This document shows positions 15,229-26,379 of a DNA stretch of 64,000 nucleotides, in pieces (within the stretch, counting starts at the first letter, position 1; each line of letters opens with the position of its first letter). The position numbers and the translations under genes were made by a program. A model generated the notes under the pieces. That model saw only the letters and a program-made list of their open reading frames with translations. It had not been told where the DNA came from and searched no databases. The DNA comes from Macrostomum lignano (lineage: Eukaryota). The stretch is from contig NIVC01000461.1 of NCBI GenBank assembly GCA_002269645.1, positions 496,001 to 560,000 on the forward strand, in the 5' to 3' direction.

Positions 15229-16203
15229 TTATTGCTTGGATTTGGTCTTGGAAGGCGACGACGATGTCGAAAAATTGCCGTTATCGCGTCGACGCCGCTT
15301 CTCGGCACTGCCGCCGCCTCCAGAGGACTTCGATGACGATGAAGATGAAGATGAAGTATCTGAATTCGATGAAGAGGAGGAGGCTGAGCGAGACCTGGGC
15401 GCTGTTGCCGATTCCCGTTTCCGGTCGTCGCTACTCGCAGCCGGCTTGGCGTCGCCGTCCTCCGCCCACAGATTGTACTTTGCCAGATCGCCTTCGTCGT
15501 CGTCTTCTTCCTCGTCTGCAGCTTCCTCTTTACTCTCTTCATCTCGCCGATCGTACGCTCTGTCAGCTTTGCCTCGTCCATCATCGTAATCTCGTTGTTT
15601 CGAGCTCGACGAAGCGGTCTCGGCCGGCGCCGAAGTCAAGCCTCTGTAGCGTTTCTTTTTCCGGCCAAATTCGTCGTATTCGCCGTCCGATCCGGCGTCG
15701 TCGTCGATGGCGCGCCGGCGCCGGCGCTGCTCATCATCGTCGCGCTCCATGTAGCCGCCGCCTAGGCCGGTGCGCTGGCCCAATTGTTGAGTGTCGCGCG
15801 ACGTATTGCACACGTTGCAGATATTCCGCCTGGCCCAGTTGATGTTGCCGCAGCTGCGACAGTTCCAATCGTCCGGGCTAAACAAGCCTTTGCTTTTCTC
15901 GGCCATTTGCCGGCCAATCTCGGACGATTGGCGAGAGCCGCTCCGGCTGCCGCTGCTACTGCCGTGACGGTCATTGTGACGGTCACCGTGACGGTCGCCG
16001 TGCCGGTCGCCGTGCCGGTCGCCATACCGGTCGCCATGCCGGTTGCTATGCCGGTCGCGGTCGCCGCTGCTGCCATCGCCGCCGCCGACGCCACGCGGCT
16101 TGCCGCACCGGTTGCAACGGTCCCGCTTAGCGTAGTTCACGTTGCCGCATTTGGCGTCCGGGCAGCGCCAGTCGTCCCGTTTTGGCACGAATTTGCCGGA
16201 CAT
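15229..16203 (-). CDS. ZRANB2: Zinc finger RanBP2-type containing protein 2 (splicing factor), single coding exon, 324 aa
   Basis: Two RanBP2 fingers (DWRCPDAKCGNVNYAKRDRCNRC and DWNCRSCGNINWARRNICNVC) plus the ZRANB2 signatures EIGRQMAEKSKGLFS, RTGLGGGYMER and EYDEFGRKKKRYR. Confidence 0.95.
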   Translation of the reverse strand: MSGKFVPKRDDWRCPDAKCGNVNYAKRDRCNRCGKPRGVGGGDGSSGDRDRHSNRHGDRYGDRHGDRHGDRHGDRHNDRHGSSSGSRSGSRQSSEIGRQMAEKSKGLFSPDDWNCRSCGNINWARRNICNVCNTSRDTQQLGQRTGLGGGYMERDDDEQRRRRRAIDDDAGSDGEYDEFGRKKKRYRGLTSAPAETASSSSKQRDYDDGRGKADRAYDRRDEESKEEAADEEEDDDEGDLAKYNLWAEDGDAKPAASSDDRKRESATAPRSRSASSSSSNSDTSSSSSSSSKSSGGGGSAEKRRRRDNGNFSTSSSPSKTKSKQ

Positions 16204-17155
16204 TTAATTTTAGCGGTTAGCTTTAATTGCTGAATTGAAACGGAATTATGATTTATGAGTACGATCAAATACAAAGAGGGCAGTTAACAGCAGGAATATC
16301 AAGCCATTTATTCACCCGGCCAACTACCAAGGAGGGGAATTATCTCCCGCCCCAGGAAATTTTGACACTAAATTCAAGAACACGGCCCAACTCTTGGTTG
16401 CGCACCTTCTTCTCAAACAAGAACCAAGTCGCCAGCCCCCCGGCAGTTGAGACATTCAACAAGCCTGTCAGAGGGTCCAAATTTCATCAGCAAGTAGACC
16501 ACATGTGCCTGCATGAGTGTGTGGGTGAAGGCAAGAGACCAATCAAGTCAGACCTGATGCAGAAACATGTGGTGGACGTGCCGATAAGATTTGGGGATTT
16601 GTTTATTTCTTTTACCCGAAATTTGTCTGCTTTAATCCTAGCTTCCGTTGAAGTACAGGGGTGCCGCAGAAGTAACTAAACAACTTTTAACTGTAACAAT
16701 TCTCAGAATGTAGTCAGTTTTATAGATTTACTGTTTCGAAATGATTCCTGTACACCCTCTATGGAACCTGATCATAATTGGAAAATTAAACAACAAGAAA
16801 AATGTATAAATTTAAATCTGATTTTATCATGCTGTTGTTTGTTTTTGGTTGCTTTGTTATATTTGTTGTTGTGAGTGTCGCACTGTGTTGTGGGACTTGT
16901 GCGATAAGGGCCTACCTATGAGCTCAAATGGATCATAAGGAATGGAATACTACTACACTTAAAATTATCGGCGGGGACTGGAAACACTGGAAAACACTAC
17001 TAACTATAAGTAGTACCAACACGCGGTTGGTTTCATTGCTACAACTGAGAAATTTTTGTAACTCAATAGGGAGAGAAAAGCCTAAAACATTCTATAGTTC
17101 AAAAGTGCAGTCACGGCCTGTACATGTATAGGCCTTTTAACTTCAATTCAATGAA

Positions 17156-17398
17156 TTAATTCTTCTTCGGGATGGCCATCGAAGCGCACAGGCCAAGCGA
17201 GTACAGAAAGCCCGCACCGCTGATGGCCAGCATGGCGTTGGCGGCCAGCCTGTAGCTGGGAAATTTCTGCCACACCAACAGGCCGTCCTGCCTGGTCATC
17301 ACGTGCTGAAGGTACAGAATTCGGCGATAGGCCCGGTCATTGGGCACGATGCCCATCGGCTGCTTAGGCAATGGTTGCTTCAAGGAGTTAGCCACCAT
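17156..17398 (-). CDS. COX7A: Cytochrome c oxidase subunit 7A-like protein, short form, 80 aa
   Basis: The pattern RRILYLQ..DGLLVWQK..hydrophobic helix..AIPKKN-stop fits the COX7A family layout. A TTTGCAG acceptor lies 13 nt upstream of the ATG. Confidence 0.72.
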   Translation of the reverse strand: MVANSLKQPLPKQPMGIVPNDRAYRRILYLQHVMTRQDGLLVWQKFPSYRLAANAMLAISGAGFLYSLGLCASMAIPKKN

Positions 17399-17473
17399 GG
17401 CTTAGATTTGGCTGCAAATGGGGCGAGCAAATATTTAAATTTACTGCTCACTTCGATACCCCTTCTAGTGCTC

Positions 17474-18978
17474 TAGACCCATGCTGACACAAATCTCAGA
17501 TACTCTGGACCCATGCTGACACAAATCTCAGATACTCTGGACCCATCCCTGACACAAATCTCAGATACTCTGGACCCATCCCTGACACAATTCTGATACA
17601 CTGGACCCATCCCTGACACAATTCTGATACACTGGACCCATGCTGACACAAATCTCAGATACTCTGGACCCATCCCTGACACAATTCTGATACACTGGAC
17701 CCATCCTGACACAATTCTGATACACTGGACCCATCCCTGACACAATTCTGATACACTGGACCCATCCTGACACAATTCTGATACACTGGACCCATCCCTG
17801 ACACAATTCTGATACACTGGACCCATCCCTGACACAATTCTGATACACTGGACCCATCCCTGACACAATTCTGATACACTGGACCCATGCTGACACAAAT
17901 CTCAGATACTCTGGACCCATCCCTGACACAAATCTCAGATACTCTGGACCCATCCCTGACACAATTCTGATACACTGGACCCATGCTGACACAAATCTCA
18001 GATACTCTGGACCCATCCCTGACACAATTCTGATACACTGGACCCATGCTGACAAAAATCTCAGATACTCTGGACCCATCACTGACACAATTCTGATACA
18101 CTGGACCCATCCTGACACAATTCTGATACACTGGACCCATCCCCGACACAATTCTGATACACTGGACCCATGCTGACACAAATCTCAGATACTCTGGACC
18201 CATCCCTGACACAATTCTGATACACTGGACCCATCCCTGACACAATTCTGATACACTGGACCCATGCTGACACAAATCTCAGATACTCTGGACCCATCCC
18301 TGACACAATTCTGATACACTGGACCCATCCTGACACAATTCTGATACACTGGACCCATCCCTGACACAATTCTGATACACTGGACCCATCCTGACACAAT
18401 TCTGATACACTGGACCCATCCCTGACACAATTCTGATACACTGGACCCATCCCTGACACAATTCTGATACACTGGACCCATCCCTGACACAATTCTGATA
18501 CACTGGACCCATCCTGACACAAATCTGATACACTGGACCCATCCGACACAAATCTGATACACTGGACCCATCCCTGACACAAATCTGATACACTGGACCT
18601 ATCCCTGGCATAAATCTGATACACTGGACCCATCCCTGACATAAATCTGATACACTGGACCCATCCCTGACATAAATCTGATACACTGGACCCCATCCCT
18701 GACAAATCTGATGCACCGGACCCATCCCTGACACAAATCTGATACACTGGACCCATCCCTGACACAAATCTACGATACTCTTTGGACTCAGCCCTGAAAC
18801 AAATCTAAGATACTCTCTGGACCCATCGCTGACACAAATCTAAGATACTCTCTGGACCCATCCCTGACACAAATCTAAGATACTCTCTGGACCCATCCCT
18901 GACACAAATCTAAGATACTCTCTGGACCCAACCCTGACACAAATCTAAGATACTCTGGACCCATCCCTGACAAAATCT
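17474..18978. repeat. 31/32-bp minisatellite (CTGACACAATTCTGATACACTGGACCCATCC) between the two COX7A-like genes
   Basis: Visible array, with variant gradients towards the right end. Confidence 0.97.
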
Positions 18979-19413
18979 GACTATTGCGCCATGGCTCTAA
19001 ATAAAACTAATACATTTAAATATGTACAAAGCATAACATTGTCACTAAGAAAATGAATACAAATAGAATGCAGCTCCGTTTGAACATGAACGCCATATTC
19101 ACTATCTAATTTTATTTTATAACTAAAATACTAGGGAAAAGTAAAATCAAAGCTTACATCTCTAACAGGATGACTGTATTTAGTAAGAAACTATAGAGCT
19201 AAGTTAAATAACTCGAGACAGTAGATTAATATTACAAAGTGCTGACATTTCAAACTAAAAAGCAGTCAGTTCTGATTTATATATATTTCTCATTGTGTCA
19301 CTAATTGATTTATCGGGTCAATCTAAACCCAGAGAGCGAGATGCTACTTAAACTACTGCAAGTGAGTAGTCCGTATGGCAAATTGTTGCAAACAGTCGCA
19401 TAATCTAAATGAA

Positions 19414-19782
19414 TTAATTCTTCTTCGGGATGGCCATCGAAGCGCACAGGCCAAGCGAGTACAGAAAGCCCACGCCGCTGATGGCCAGCATGGCGTTGGC
19501 GGCCAGCCTGTAGCTGGGAAATTTCTGCCACACCAACAGGCCGTCCTGCCTGGTCATCACGTGCTGCAGGTACAGAATTCGGCGATAGGCCCGGTCATTG
19601 GGCACGATGCCCATCGGCATGGACTTCGCCGACAAGCTTGCGCCGCGCCGGGCAGCCTGCTGTTGGCCAGCGTCCAAATTGTAGAAAGTTGTGCCGGATA
19701 TGCCGTGCACTATGCGATTCTCGGGTGCGCGAGAGCCGCCTAAGCCGGCCAGGGTGAGCGGTTTTCCCTCTGCAGTTGGCAT
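19414..19782 (-). CDS. COX7A: Cytochrome c oxidase subunit 7A-like protein, long form (probable start MPTAEGK at 19782, 122 aa)
   Basis: The C-terminal ~211 bp is nearly identical to the short copy (3 differences counted). Acceptors at 19795-94 and 19786-85 precede the ATG at 19782. The ATG at 19818 in the ORF track is the end of a MITE and is probably not the real start. Confidence 0.7.
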   Translation of the reverse strand: MPTAEGKPLTLAGLGGSRAPENRIVHGISGTTFYNLDAGQQQAARRGASLSAKSMPMGIVPNDRAYRRILYLQHVMTRQDGLLVWQKFPSYRLAANAMLAISGVGFLYSLGLCASMAIPKKN

Positions 19783-19815
19783 CTCTGTATTGGCTGTAAG
19801 TATTATGGTCGGAGT

Positions 19816-20113
19816 CATACATGCGCAACAGTCGGCCGAGTCGGCCGATCCGGCCGACCGATTTGGCGGCCAACCAAGGAAGTCGCAAAAATGCCCACCC
19901 GAAAACGCCCACTACTTAGTATTAGTACTAAGTAGCTGACGAGGCATTTTGACTTAATAAGACAGTCATAGTTACTCTTGCCGTTTACCCAAAGTTACGT
20001 TAATTTTTTTTGTTTTTTTACATGTAAGTCGCATTTTTGGCCAAAAACTACGTCGCATTTTTGTTAAAACTAAGTCGCAAGGCCGACCGAATTTTGGAGG
20101 TTGCGCATGTATG
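19816..20113. mobile_element. 298-bp MITE, 14-bp TIR CATACATGCGCAAC, 8-bp TSD GTCGGAGT (hAT- or P-like signature), carrying a 28S rRNA-like insert
   Basis: Perfect TIRs at 19816-19829 and 20100-20113. GTCGGAGT at 19808-19815 and 20114-20121. Repeated subterminal AAGTCGC motifs. Confidence 0.92.
19927..19990 (-). other. 28S rRNA-derived fragment (helix 69-71 region), not a functional rRNA gene
   Basis: The minus strand reads TAAACGGCAAGAGTAACTATGACTGTCTTATTAAGTCAAAATGCCTCGTCAGCTACTTAGT. It matches 49/61 ungapped to the conserved eukaryotic segment TAAACGGCGGGAGTAACTATGACTCTCTTAAGGTAGCCAAATGCCTCGTCATCTAATTAGT (reference recalled, hand count). Confidence 0.88.
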
Positions 20114-23100
20114 GTCGGAGTCCTTGATATCGGGGCTAATATAAAAACGAATGCCTTAAATGCTGTTAGTTGTGGAGAATTTGTTTTATAGCTCTAAAAT
20201 CAAACAGACTTCATTTAAATCAATAAATTTGCTAGTTACTGGTATATCTAAAGATAATTAGTTGCATAATTATTTACCATATAGTTGTGTTTATGTAAAA
20301 CAATCACATATAGAACTAGATCCTAGATAGAGACAATTCATTTTTAATATAGCGGGTATATAAATTTGAAGCAAAACTTACTATTTTGTCAAAAACCCTA
20401 AAATACTACAATAATTAGGATACATTATTTATGAAAAACAAAAAGAATCACAAGTACAATGTATGTTTATCACTAACAAGGCTTATAAATTGATATGTAC
20501 TTAATTAACTGCAACTTTAATTATTTGACACTATAGTCTGTACATTCAAGACTATACCAAAATACTTGTAGAAGCAATAGGATAAAATTTCAAAAAGCTT
20601 GCTTAGCGCAGCATTGTGTACTGTCAGTACAAAGCAGTAAAATATACAGTTAATTTAACAAATTTCTTGAGTTTCATAACCATTTGATGCTCTTTCAGGT
20701 AAAAAGTATATTTTTTGCACAAATTCATCAGATTGAGCTACATACTGCATTGCATTTGCATACAATACCTTGCATTGCATGGCCTTGGTGTTGGGCTAAG
20801 TTAAGTTGGTTAGAAAGGAAAGGAAAAGAAAAAACAACTGTACATACAATATACACTCCTATCCCTTCCAATTGGGGCTATAGTGCAAGAGCTTAGGCTA
20901 AAGAGTGTCAATATAGCTTCATTTGCTTGCATATAGACAAAGGAAAATTAGATTGATATAAACAGGCATCACATGATTAGAATTTCCTATTAAATTTAGC
21001 TCTTTAACAGCACAATTGAATTGCAAGCCTAGTATACAAAGCTTGGCTAGTGGTAGATCTAAGTCACTATGTGTACAATCCTCCTCCCCCTCAGACCAAA
21101 AGGTCAGGCAATATGGCTTAGTATACTTATAAAGTAGCATTGTACAGTGTTTTGGAATGACTTTATTAATTATAGCTTTCTTTGCATCCCAATAGAAAGA
21201 TTTATGGGTATCTTACAATAGTTAGTTTAGTAAAATTCTAATTTTACCATTATCCTACAATCTGATTAAGATATATCCCATAAACTAGTTGGCTTTCAAA
21301 GCATTGGTTTGAAAGCCTGGTTTTCAAAGCACTTGAGCTGATGCTCAAGAGGATCTGTGTTGAAACAACCAGCTTAATGAGGCGGTTATCACCCTGTAAC
21401 TCACTGGAGACTTTAGACAATTTATTTAGATTAAGGGCTTATTAAAGAATCTAGGCAATGATAGGCTAGACAAGATAGATAAAATGAAAGGGAGTAGAGA
21501 AGACAAGAGGAAAGAGATAAAAGATAAAACAAGACAAGCAAAAGACTAGAGACTAGAGAAAGATAAAAAAGAGAGAAATGTAACAAACAAAGAGAGAAAA
21601 TAGGAGAAGTAGAGATTTACATTTTTCTTGAGCTTTTTAAAGTTCTTTTTCAGTGGTACAAAACTAGGTCTATCAATTAGTAAGACAACCCATGTCTAAA
21701 AAGAAGCCTGTTTACTAGTGGCAAAAAGACATGTCTTTATACTACTTGTCAAATTGTTAACTGGGGATTTTTAACTGGGAAACCATTGCCTATAGGTCAC
21801 TTTGTCAATTGGCTAATCAATGGACTTCTAAACATGGTCATTTCATCAATTGCCAATTGCAACACTTTAAAATGGTCACTTTGTCAACTATGCATTATAT
21901 ATATTTATATAATATTTATATATACTATAGTATTGTATATAAATGTTCATAATCACAGCTATATCTACACCAAGAATAGAGGTCAGACGGGATCCCGATC
22001 CCAAAATCCCAGGATTCCGAGGAAAATTGTATTATTGCGGGACCAGGATCCCAACCCTAAAAAACACAAGAAACAGGAATAGGTCTTTTGATCAAAAGTT
22101 TATAGAATTAGTAATTACTTAAATGTATTTTGGTTTTAACTTGTATTCATTACATTATTACTTTGTTTGGTACAAAACTTTGCATCAATTTTGTTGTGTT
22201 TTACTTTTGATGTTGACAGTTTTGCTCAATTTTGTTTAACTTTATATGGACCTATAAACTAAATTAATACTAAATTACAACAAAATATAAAATTGTTTAA
22301 AAATGATAAATAATCACCTAACTCACCTTAAAAAATCACAAACATTGATTGAATCTCTATACACATTTGGCACCAAAGTAACTATATTTAAAAATGAGAT
22401 CAATTTGCCAATTGCAAATACTGATAGGCCTATCCCTACCAAATAGTCTTTTTGTCAACCATTTGAAAAATGCCACACTTAGAGACACGGTGACCATGTT
22501 TATAATGTAGAAACTTATAGACACAGTGGCCATGTCTAATAATGACTGGGTCTATACTAGCCATTGTGTCTATAAGTATAGACCTAATCACTATTACAGA
22601 CAGGGCCGCCGTGTCAATGAAACTTGTATGGTAGCAGTATTGTTAATATTGAATGGGTTCACACTTAGAGACATAGTGGGTGGCCGTGTCTCTAATATTG
22701 GAGCTTATACTTATATTATAGGCATAGCTACCATGCTATATAAATAATCATCAATTAGATGAAAAGATTAATTGATTGAAAAGCTAGAGTTTTTTATTTG
22801 AATTTTTTTAAATTTTGAATTAAATTAAATTTAATTTTTAAGAGTAGTCTAACACAAAATTGTGACGTTGCTAGTTTAAGTGGTCCCGCAAAAGGGCCGT
22901 TGGACTATAGTTTCCCTTGCAATTTCTCATATTAATTTCTCCAATAGTTTATTTTAACGTTTACTTATAGTAGCGTGCAAATAATCTGTATCAACTGCTA
23001 ATTCACTGTGTATTTGATAGACCTTGCGCCCGTCTGTGAATTTTGGCACGATCGATAATTTCAAGTTCTCTCGCCAGCCAATGAAAACTCTCCGTGTTTT

Positions 23101-23919
23101 ACGCTACCCCCCTTTTGCGCTTTTTATTAACCCTCGCCTGGCGGGCTGGGGGTTTCACTCATCCCTGTTCTTGTGTTCGGTGTTCTCTCTCCTTAGGCTT
23201 GTCCTCCATCCTGTCTAGCTTGCCTAGCCTTGTCTAGCCTTGTTTTCCTTCTCTCTGTCTGGCTGCCTCGAGCCTCCTTATCTCACGCCACGGCTGACGC
23301 CAACCTCGCCACTGCTCATCTGCCTGCCTACTGCGTCTCACTGCCTTCACTGTGCTCATTGCCATTGCTCATCACGTTATGTCGCCATTGCATCATTCGT
23401 CTGCCACTTGACTTCACATTCAATTTATCTTCAAAAACCATTGTTGCAGCCGCCAGTGCCCAGAAAGCTATAGTTTGTGTATTGACAGTAATAACCAAGC
23501 CTAATATTGATACTACCAATAAAAACAACTATGGCAGTTCCTGCCTTTATCGCCAAGTGCTCCGCTACAAAATCCGCTTTACAAGAGTTGACTTCAACTT
23601 ATTTTGAGACTACGACTCACTACAACTCTCGTCAAAACAGCCCTTTTAAGGGTCATAGCCATAGTTAGCCACTACGCCAATAACGTGACAAAATCATTTT
23701 AAAGTGTGGCCATGATAATATATATATAGCTATTGAAAAAGAAATATTTTTTTCTATATATATTGACCACACTTTAAAATTTAGTATTAGGGGCCTACTC
23801 TTATTAAAAAAATTAATTTAGGCCTAATTTATTATTTTATTTTAATGAAGAAACTTAAAAAGTTCAAGACACAAAAATTTCTATTTGCTTAAAAAAATTC
23901 AAATAAAAAAACTCCAACC

Positions 23920-23980
23920 ACTTAGGATTCAAACCTTGCTACACGTAATTACAAGGCAGTGGCTTATCCACTAAGCCAGC
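23920..23980 (-). repeat. Degenerate tRNA-like / tRNA-SINE head
   Basis: The minus strand has A-box-like TGGCTTAGTGG and B-box-like GGTTTGAATCC. No convincing cloverleaf or acceptor stem. Confidence 0.45.
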
Positions 23981-25663
23981 CATACAGAACACACCTTTTA
24001 TATCAATGATTATAGCCATGCCTATAAACTCAAATATTATCTAGACATAGCTGCTGTGCCTATAAGTACTCCATTTGAAAAAAATGCCAGTTAGGCCCCT
24101 ACCCTAACAAAGTGACCAACATCTGAAATTTAGAATTTTCAATATTATAGGCCTAATGTATAACTTATAAGCTAGGTCTAAGCATAACAAAAATCCAAAA
24201 TAGGCCTAGGCTTAGCACTTAGGTCAAGCAAAATATTAATGTTAGTCGTTAGAGCTTAGACTCTTAGAGGTAGATGCAATGCATATTTATTAAGAAATTT
24301 GGCTTCCCAAACAAAGATCTCCACGACAACAGACAAGTCAGGGGCGTTCAAATAGTCCTAGGCCTAATCCACTAAGGATTTCTTAATTACTCAATGCTCA
24401 ACGCATGGGCGTATGGCTTTCAGTTGATTCAGTCTAGGGCCTAGCCTACGGCCTAGCCCTCGTCCAACTTTACAACTTTTTTTTCATACTGAAGATTTTA
24501 AATTGACAACGTTGAATGTCTCCGAATTTATGTTATGCCTTTAGAACCTCGAGCCCAAATATATGCATCGCCTACCCACCCAATCACGCGAATGACAATT
24601 GCCAATGGTTTTTCTGTTCCATCTTCCATGACTGTACATTTTTTATTTTTTTAAAATTATTAAGACACAAGTAATGCTTTGGAAATTGTTTATAGAAAAA
24701 CAACATTATTTTATATTATGTTGCTTCTAAGTTATAAAATGATATACTTAAAAACGTTAATTACTGTTTGTGGTATTTGTTTTATTTTAATGCGTTAACG
24801 AGAACTAAAAACACCTTTAAATATAAATTTGATGAAAATACAAATACATTTGCATGGCATAACCAAGGACTTCTAGACTAGCAGGACGTAAAACTCAAAG
24901 ATCGTGTAAATTTTTAGGAGGACGATTTCCTGGAAAAAATACACTGCGGAGATAGGAGCAAATCATTTTTTCATCACAAAATCAATGATTGCATTTGATC
25001 TAAGGCAGCTAAGATAACCATTCTTTTTATTTAGCACGCACAACATGTTACTCTATTATATTTTAATGTAGTTGTGTCTTGAAAGTTTCATCTTCATATT
25101 ATTTTCTTTTTATTTCATAAGCCCCAAGTTGCAAAATACTCACAAGTGGCATTAGCCGAACTTTGTATTTTTCCTTTTTAAAATCAAGTATATTTGCAAT
25201 AAAAATGCTGCATTACGGTACTATTAAGCCATTATTGTAGGTATAATTCCATTTCAATGTAGTAACTATACTAATAGACCTGTCTATGTAGTTAAATATA
25301 TAAGGACAATATTTACAATATGCCCCCACCATTTTCATTTTTCTTGTTTTACCTAGGCCTCAAGTCTTTAGAAAGCTATCAGTTTTTACCTGAAAGCCAG
25401 ACAGAAAAAAATGGTTAGGGCCTAGGCCTAGTCACAAAAATGGGCACTAACCTTTTTTCTAGGTTTTTACACTTTTAATTAGGCTTAGATTTTTAATTTT
25501 TTATTGCAAATTTGAATACACTATACTATATAAACTAGGCCTAGCACCCAGCTGGTTTAGGTTTACCTTCCTTGAATTATATATTTTGTTGAATATAATA
25601 CCTTTAAAATTGCAATTTTAGTTTGTAATGGTATATTTCATATCATATTTGAATCATAGGCCT

Positions 25664-25842
25664 CATACATGCGCAACCTTGGGAATCACTCGGCCATTTC
25701 TATTGGCAACACAGAACACACACATGTAAGTTGCTATTGGATGGAATAGTAGTCACGTGATTGCTCTCAGCCAATAGCAACTTATATATGTGTGTTGCCA
25801 ATAGAAATGGCCGGGTGAATCCCTAGGTTGCACCCAAGCATG
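25664..25842. mobile_element. 179-bp palindromic MITE (CATACATGCGCAAC family), TSD ATAGGCCT, nested in the 4.86-kb element
   Basis: TSD at 25656-25663 and 25843-25850. Long internal inverted repeats. Confidence 0.9.
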
Positions 25843-26379
25843 ATAGGCCTAATTATTAGATTATTATGATAGGTCTTTTATTATAAACTAAAAAATGGGT
25901 AATACAATACTGCATGCCCACATTTATCTTAACTTTAGCATTTATTTACTATTGAAACTAGGCCTAGGCCTTATTGCACTCATAAAGCTTTGAAACTAGG
26001 AATATTTAGGCCTATTCATTTTACTACCTTATATCTATTTATAAAACTAAGCTGGCTCTAATAATTGACAATGAAAATCTAGTTTTTAGTATTAATTTAA
26101 AATTTGTTTATTAATTTAGTTATCTATATTCAGTTTTAATTTTATTTTTTATAGGTAAATATGATTTTTTAATTAGTATTATTTAATAACTTAGATTTTG
26201 GCTATTAGGGTCTAATCCAAATACTAAATAGTACTTAGATGTCTAATTGTTACATTTTTATTCAATAATCTTTAATTTTACTATAAGTATTTTGTACCAA
26301 TATATTATCCTATCATCTATCTTAATAGATAGATAGTTATCATGCCAATTAAATTTTTGGTAGTAACTTACACTAGCAA

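Noticed and set aside
16248-16679. 143-aa plus-strand ORF upstream of ZRANB2
   Set aside because: No recognisable domain on either strand. It may be a TE remnant but this cannot be supported without a search.
19816-19818. ATG at 19818 as the start of COX7A-long
   Set aside because: It is the terminal CAT of the MITE TIR. Acceptors downstream favour the ATG at 19782.
21340-21380. Possible hammerhead ribozyme (CTGATG...GAAAC)
   Set aside because: The core reads CTGATGC rather than CTGATGA, and there is no convincing stem II.
23920-23980. Functional tRNA gene
   Set aside because: A/B-box-like motifs only; the stems do not pair into a full cloverleaf.
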